Virus record (IMG/VR): IMGVR_UViG_3300025122_000007
Span: 101,620 to 120,396 of that record
Length of the DNA: 18,777 nucleotides
Reading direction: 5' to 3' (one strand)
Origin: a virus
Lineage: Duplodnaviria > Heunggongvirae > Uroviricota > Caudoviricetes
Numbering within the stretch: the stretch's first letter is position 1; every line of letters starts with the position of its first letter. A program made the position numbers and the translations under genes. Shown piece after piece: positions 14,548 through 18,777 of this stretch. The notes under the pieces are model-generated. The model made no database searches. It was not told the DNA's origin and worked only from the letters and a program-made list of their open reading frames with translations.

Positions 14548-15792
14548 ATGCCAAAGGGTAAGAGCTTTAAGGATGATTTCAGAGGCTACGAATATATGTG
14601 GAGGCATCAGGGTAAGTGCCTTGATGGTGACAAGCTTTCTTTCGAGGATGCATTGGCCACACCAGAAGCCGGATACTTTATTCCTCGTGTAATCACAAAC
14701 GCAATTCAAGAAGCAGTGGAGCCGCTGCTAATCGGTCCTAGCCTTCTAACTAGGCTACAGTTCCAGCCTGGAACGTTCATCAACCTTCCGATCATGGGAG
14801 CACTTGACGGTGACTTCGATATGGGTGAGGAAGAAGAATACCAGGAGATCAGGGTCACGTTAGGCCCAGGAACGGCAATCACCAGCGTCGGAAAGACCGG
14901 TGTAGCCGTTAAGTTCTCTGAGGAAATTCTTCGTTACTCGTCATTCGACGTAGTCACGATGCACACCAGTGCAGCAGGCAAGGCGCTAGCCAGATATAAG
15001 GAGCGCAAAATCTTTGAGCTTCTTCTCAATGAGGGCACTGTCACTCACGACAACGCCGCTCCTGCGACTGCGCAGTTCGGTACAACTACCGGACGTAACT
15101 TGGTCGGAGCAGCTAACGGCTCTGTTAGAATGGAGGACCTCTTCGAGGCTTACTCTGTACTAGTGGCCAATGGTTTCATTCCCAACCTGCTTATCGTTCA
15201 CCCACTCACCTGGCTGATGTTTGTACAGGACCCAGTCCTGAGAGCATTCGCACTACAGAATGGTGGTGGAGCGATGTTCCAGGGATGGACAGGCAATCCT
15301 GGCAACATGGACTTCCCGTCTCAGTTTGGCGGACAGGGCGCTGCAGGCGGTAACTATCTGGTTCCGTCTCACGCTGGTCAGCACGCTGGTGCACAGGATG
15401 TTCCATCCGCACTGACGAACTACTCTCAGAACCTAACCAGCGCTCCACAGCTACCTGGTTACTTCGGGTTCCCAATGAGTGTTCTAGTCAGCCCGTTCAT
15501 GGCATTCAACACCGCAAACAACACGACTGACATCATCATGGCGTCAGCTGACGAGCTTGGTTACTTCATTGAAGACCATGGCTTGGTGGTTGAGGACTGG
15601 ACCGACCCAAGGAACGATATCCTTAAGGTCAAGATGAAGGAACGTTACAGCTTGGCTGTTAAGAATGAGGGTCTTGGTATCGCCGTACTAAGAAACGTTG
15701 AGGTTACACCTAACGAGATCGTTCTGCCTGCTCAGGCTCACATTGATGTTGGTGGTGCTATTGACGCGATCAACCGTGGCGTAGCGATCTAA
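14548..15792 (+). CDS. Major capsid protein (HK97 fold)
   Basis: Patterns AGYFIPRVITNAIQE, KTGVAVKFSEEILRYSSFDVV...AGKALARYKERKIF and PNLLIVHPLTW. Size 414 aa. Tandem SDs upstream and a double stop TAATAA. Confidence 0.95.
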   Translation: MPKGKSFKDDFRGYEYMWRHQGKCLDGDKLSFEDALATPEAGYFIPRVITNAIQEAVEPLLIGPSLLTRLQFQPGTFINLPIMGALDGDFDMGEEEEYQEIRVTLGPGTAITSVGKTGVAVKFSEEILRYSSFDVVTMHTSAAGKALARYKERKIFELLLNEGTVTHDNAAPATAQFGTTTGRNLVGAANGSVRMEDLFEAYSVLVANGFIPNLLIVHPLTWLMFVQDPVLRAFALQNGGGAMFQGWTGNPGNMDFPSQFGGQGAAGGNYLVPSHAGQHAGAQDVPSALTNYSQNLTSAPQLPGYFGFPMSVLVSPFMAFNTANNTTDIIMASADELGYFIEDHGLVVEDWTDPRNDILKVKMKERYSLAVKNEGLGIAVLRNVEVTPNEIVLPAQAHIDVGGAIDAINRGVAI

Positions 15793-15820
15793 TAACATCG
15801 CACTGACCTTATCGGTTAGT
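15784..15820 (+). promoter_or_regulatory. Two small adjacent hairpins at the MCP 3' end (possible mRNA stability/attenuation element)
   Basis: GCGAT (15784-15788) pairs with ATCGC (15797-15801). ACTGACC (15802-15808) pairs with GGTTAGT (15814-15820), including one G-U pair. No U-tract follows. Confidence 0.3.
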
Positions 15821-15835
15821 ACATAGGAGATAACA

Positions 15836-16402
15836 ATGCCAGATTGGAGCAAGGAAGCACTTGTAAATAGAGGATGGTCACAGACTGTTCTTCCGCCAGG
15901 AAACTGGTCCGGAATTTCAGGCGTGTGGACTGAGTCTTACGACGATGTCGCGAACCTATTCCGTCTTCGTAGAGGCCTTGATGCAGCAGTGACAGAATTT
16001 GTCATCTGCGCACCAATGGAGGGAAGATCCAGACTTGGATCAGACGCCGCTACAAGCAAGGGATTAAGGTTGGTAAGTGTGGAACTCAACTATGAGGTAA
16101 GAACTGCAGATCTTCAAAATGTGACTGTTCTTCCTCTCAGGTATACACCACCTGCTAATGGTGTAGTCGCAGCCTCTACAGCAATCGTGGGAGCATATGA
16201 TGCAGCCCATGACCTTGCAGCAGAGAGAGGGTTGGATACCGCCAATCCTGAATTGCATACTCTGCTATTCACTCTGACGACAGCAGATTACTTTGACGCT
16301 GACGAAGCGCTCTTGGTAAGGGTGGCTGTTGATGGCGATGCAGGCGCAGCGGGCATCTTCGACTGGAGAAGCCTTGTCCTTCATTGGGACGCAGGAGCAT
16401 AA
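15836..16402 (+). CDS. Hypothetical beta-sandwich virion protein (188 aa)
   Basis: Strong SD TAGGAG, directly after MCP, alternating beta-strand pattern. Confidence 0.8.
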   Translation: MPDWSKEALVNRGWSQTVLPPGNWSGISGVWTESYDDVANLFRLRRGLDAAVTEFVICAPMEGRSRLGSDAATSKGLRLVSVELNYEVRTADLQNVTVLPLRYTPPANGVVAASTAIVGAYDAAHDLAAERGLDTANPELHTLLFTLTTADYFDADEALLVRVAVDGDAGAAGIFDWRSLVLHWDAGA

Positions 16403-16405
16403 ACA

Positions 16406-16900
16406 ATGGCAGATATTACTACCAAGGTTGCTGGTGCAGCGTTTGATCTCGCTGGAACAGACACTGGAGAAGCAGCACAATTAGACATTCTTGATGCGGC
16501 AGCATCGATGGTTGCAGCACAGGTGGAAGCAGCTCTTGCTGAGCTTTCCACTCCTGTTACACTCAGTGCAGCTGCAGAGGGTGGCGATGCTATAGTCGTG
16601 ACTCTGGCAGGCCCTGCTCACGCAGCACAGTACTTTGCACAGGTTTACGATGCAGCTGGTCTCGAAGCTCTCGTTGGCGTATGGACTATCACAATCGGTG
16701 GTGGCGCGTCAGCAGTCTCGACAAACGTAAAGCCTGGCGTCGTATTCACCTCAAGCGCAGGTGGAGCAGCCACGCTGACTGTCACAGACGTTGCAACAGG
16801 AACAGGAGCGACTGTTTATCTCGAAGTAAGACCGGCAAGCGTACAGGCCGGATCAAAAGCAGGACCAGCAGCGCTGATCCCACTTACCTTCGCGGTATAA
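16406..16900 (+). CDS. Ala/Gly/Thr-rich putative virion surface protein (164 aa)
   Basis: AGGAG SD. Helical N-terminus followed by beta-rich Ig-like strands (ATLTVTDV, TVYLEV). Confidence 0.8.
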   Translation: MADITTKVAGAAFDLAGTDTGEAAQLDILDAAASMVAAQVEAALAELSTPVTLSAAAEGGDAIVVTLAGPAHAAQYFAQVYDAAGLEALVGVWTITIGGGASAVSTNVKPGVVFTSSAGGAATLTVTDVATGTGATVYLEVRPASVQAGSKAGPAALIPLTFAV

Positions 16901-16911
16901 AATTACACGGA

Positions 16912-16940
16912 TTGACTGAACTATAGAATTTGGTTATTCT
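16912..16940 (+). promoter_or_regulatory. Candidate sigma70-type promoter
   Basis: TTGACT (16912-16917), 17-nt spacer, TATTCT (16935-16940), located in one of the few real intergenic gaps and upstream of the SD GGAGGAGGAG. Confidence 0.4.
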
Positions 16941-16956
16941 CTCGGAGGAGGAGAGA

Positions 16957-17256
16957 ATGGGTACAATTGTCACTAGAGTAGTTGGTGGTGTCTCTATTAG
17001 AGCCGGCTCTGACGTTATCCTGGATTCAGGAGAAGACGTTGGATCCGTATCTAGAGGCTTCCTTGCTCTAACTGAAAATTTACAAGTATCAGATTCAGTC
17101 ACAGTAGACACAGTGCAGTTCTTGGGGGGTGGCTCTAGCCCCTATAGACAATCAGTTCCTGATAGCTGCAACAGCATTGGGAACCGTAGCGAACTTAGCT
17201 GCAGCCATAACCTCGGCGTCTTTCTCGATGGCATTGTAATTGACCTAAGAGATTAG
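16957..17256 (+). CDS. Small structural-type protein with an apparent +1 frameshift at G6 (17124-17129); zero-frame ORF ends at 17256 (TAG), shifted product ends at 17239 (TAA)
   Basis: SD GGAGGAGGAG at 16944-16953 favours ATG 16957 over the track start 16930. After the G run the +1 frame reads VALAPIDNQFLIAATALGTVANLAAAITSASFSMAL, which continues the motif DSVTVDTVQFLG. Confidence 0.65.
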   Translation: MGTIVTRVVGGVSIRAGSDVILDSGEDVGSVSRGFLALTENLQVSDSVTVDTVQFLGGGSSPYRQSVPDSCNSIGNRSELSCSHNLGVFLDGIVIDLRD

Positions 17257-17287
17257 AACACATACCATGTCCGTAAAGGAGAATGGT

Positions 17288-17872
17288 ATGAGAATTAGAC
17301 TAGGATCGAGCTTTATGTGGAGTCTCCCAAGTTGGGAGAGGGATGAGTGTCTTAACAAATCTCAGCCCTTACGAGATATAGAGTTCGATGAACTCTCTGA
17401 GGAAGAGAAAGCAATAGTTGCAATGAGTCTCAAGGCTGGCACCATAACTGATGCCACAAATGAGGATGGCTCTGGGCTTGGTCAGCTAGGTGAATCAGAG
17501 GAAGCCATCCAGAGTTATCTAGAGCTCTCTGTTCCCAAGTTTCGTAAGCAGGTCGTCAAGAACATCCAACCAGAGCAGATCGCTCTTGTAGACAATCTAA
17601 TCAAAGCAATCAAGGCTTCTTCTCATCCAGGGAAGAGGCCTTTGTTGCAAATGCTTCTCCCGTTAAAAAAGGGTATGATAAGTCCTAAGGATCCGTTTAT
17701 TGGTGATATAGGAGTTGACTCTAAGTGGGCAACACTCGAAAAGATCGAGATTGAGGAGCCCACGAAGTCCATGGACGCAGGCAAGCTTATAACTAAGTTC
17801 GAGACCTGGGCGAAGGACAATAACAAAGAGCTTGGTGAATCAGAATTCACAGAGTTCATGGAGACATTATAA
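17288..17872 (+). CDS. Hypothetical protein (~194 aa)
   Basis: AAGGAG at 17276-17281, 6 nt before ATG 17288 (track start 17267 is an in-frame alternative). TAAATG junction downstream. Confidence 0.8.
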   Translation: MRIRLGSSFMWSLPSWERDECLNKSQPLRDIEFDELSEEEKAIVAMSLKAGTITDATNEDGSGLGQLGESEEAIQSYLELSVPKFRKQVVKNIQPEQIALVDNLIKAIKASSHPGKRPLLQMLLPLKKGMISPKDPFIGDIGVDSKWATLEKIEIEEPTKSMDAGKLITKFETWAKDNNKELGESEFTEFMETL

Positions 17873-18484
17873 ATGGCAGACATAACAGTAACTACCACCT
17901 TGGATGCAGTTCTTTACCAAGGCGCTCTGCTAGCTCAGAACGGACAGATGCCAATAGTGGGTTACAACCCTGAGGTTACTTTCTTCAACGCAGATTTGGT
18001 TGAGGTCGTAGAAGAGTGGGAGCGCCAAGAGTTCAACGTCGGTGGTCTCTTCAGACGAGATACATATAGAAATGCCGCAGGCGATATCGTAAGAGTTTCA
18101 GGTTGGCGAATCGAGAACCCTCCTGTAATCAGTGTGACAGCTCCGATTACCGGACAGATCAATGGCGGCAATGTGGCTCTTACATTGACAGGGACAAACT
18201 TTGGAGTCCTTGTTCCTCAGATACAGGTCCACCTGTTGTTCAGACCCTCTTACAAAAAGGGCTCTGTTCAGAGAAGGGGTGGCGGACTCAACAGAATTGC
18301 AGCAACTGTGCTCACCGTAGCGGACACTTCCATTACAGCTACCCTAAATCTCAATGAGGAATATAGGGGTGCTCAGATGTTCGATAATCAGGTCGCCTCA
18401 ATAGTTGTACAAAGACTAGATCGTGGACTTGAGAGTGATCCCATCAACTTCACTCTGACCGGTAGTCCGGACCCGGAGGCATAA
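17873..18484 (+). CDS. Virion protein with an IPT/TIG-like immunoglobulin-fold domain
   Basis: PPVISVTAPITGQINGGNVALTLTGTNFG resembles the IPT/TIG signature P-x-I-x-x-x-x-P-x-x-G-x-x-x-GG-x-x-x-T-x-x-G-x-N-F. Confidence 0.7.
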   Translation: MADITVTTTLDAVLYQGALLAQNGQMPIVGYNPEVTFFNADLVEVVEEWERQEFNVGGLFRRDTYRNAAGDIVRVSGWRIENPPVISVTAPITGQINGGNVALTLTGTNFGVLVPQIQVHLLFRPSYKKGSVQRRGGGLNRIAATVLTVADTSITATLNLNEEYRGAQMFDNQVASIVVQRLDRGLESDPINFTLTGSPDPEA

Positions 18485-18487
18485 GAG

Positions 18488-18777
18488 ATGGCAGATTCAA
18501 AGAATATCCCAACCAAGCTAGGTATTGATCCAAGACGAATTGATATAGAAGTCGGTTCTGATATTGAGATCGGCGCAGTTGAGATCAAGAACGCGACGAC
18601 TGATGTAAGAGCAATCGTCTCAGGCGCAGGTTCTTTACATGTACTGGAAGACAACTCTGCTGCAATCGAGCTTGTCTTAGGAACAATCGATACAGACACA
18701 GGAAACATCGTAACTGCTGTTCAGCTATTGGACAATGTAGTCGGTGTAGAGGGTGCGGGTATGGTTACGAGTGGCAA
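18488..18777 (+). CDS. 3'-truncated putative structural/fibre-like protein (MADSKNIPTKLGIDPRRIDIEVGSDIEIGAVEIKN...)
   Basis: ATG 3 nt after the upstream TAA, GGAGG upstream, and the frame stays open to the window end. Confidence 0.75.
   Translation, partial: MADSKNIPTKLGIDPRRIDIEVGSDIEIGAVEIKNATTDVRAIVSGAGSLHVLEDNSAAIELVLGTIDTDTGNIVTAVQLLDNVVGVEGAGMVTSG

Noticed and set aside
16896-16903. TATAAAAT as a T4-type late promoter or archaeal TATA box
   Set aside because: It is an imperfect match overlapping a stop codon, is not repeated in other intergenic gaps, and has no purine-rich BRE upstream.
1-18777. Genome-wide stop-codon reassignment (code 15 or 4) in this region
   Set aside because: All large genes are intact under the standard code with near-complete coding density, and no gene needs TAG/TGA readthrough to be full length.
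1-18777. CRISPR array, tRNA, rRNA, integrase or IS element
   Set aside because: No regularly spaced repeats, cloverleaf-compatible gaps or transposase/recombinase motifs were seen. Intergenic gaps are all under about 85 nt.

Overview
The window is a co-oriented, tightly packed late-gene block (all supported genes on the + strand) from a large tailed dsDNA bacteriophage (Caudoviricetes, HK97-fold capsid). The host cannot be identified, but AGGAG Shine-Dalgarno (SD) sites and a sigma70-like promoter suggest a bacterium. Gene order: a 5'-truncated Gly-rich membrane protein carrying an ADP-ribosyltransferase (ART)-like domain; a small ORF; three glycine-zipper membrane proteins; HNH nuclease; terminase large subunit; a structured intergenic RNA element; five unknown genes; portal fused to a MuF-like domain; an AT-rich endonuclease VII-type homing nuclease; prohead protease-scaffold fusion; putative head decoration protein; major capsid protein; and several beta-rich putative virion proteins, one apparently frameshifted, one with an IPT/TIG-like domain and the last 3'-truncated. 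The leading candidates for novelty are three. (1) A glycine-zipper gene cluster sharing sequence modules with the ART-bearing protein, possibly a membrane-inserting effector-delivery (ejection) system. (2) A 17-bp hairpin after terL whose loop is a tandem anti-SD repeat. (3) A +1 frameshift at a G6 run that restores a coherent structural-protein motif. All family assignments come from motif recognition by eye; no searches were run.
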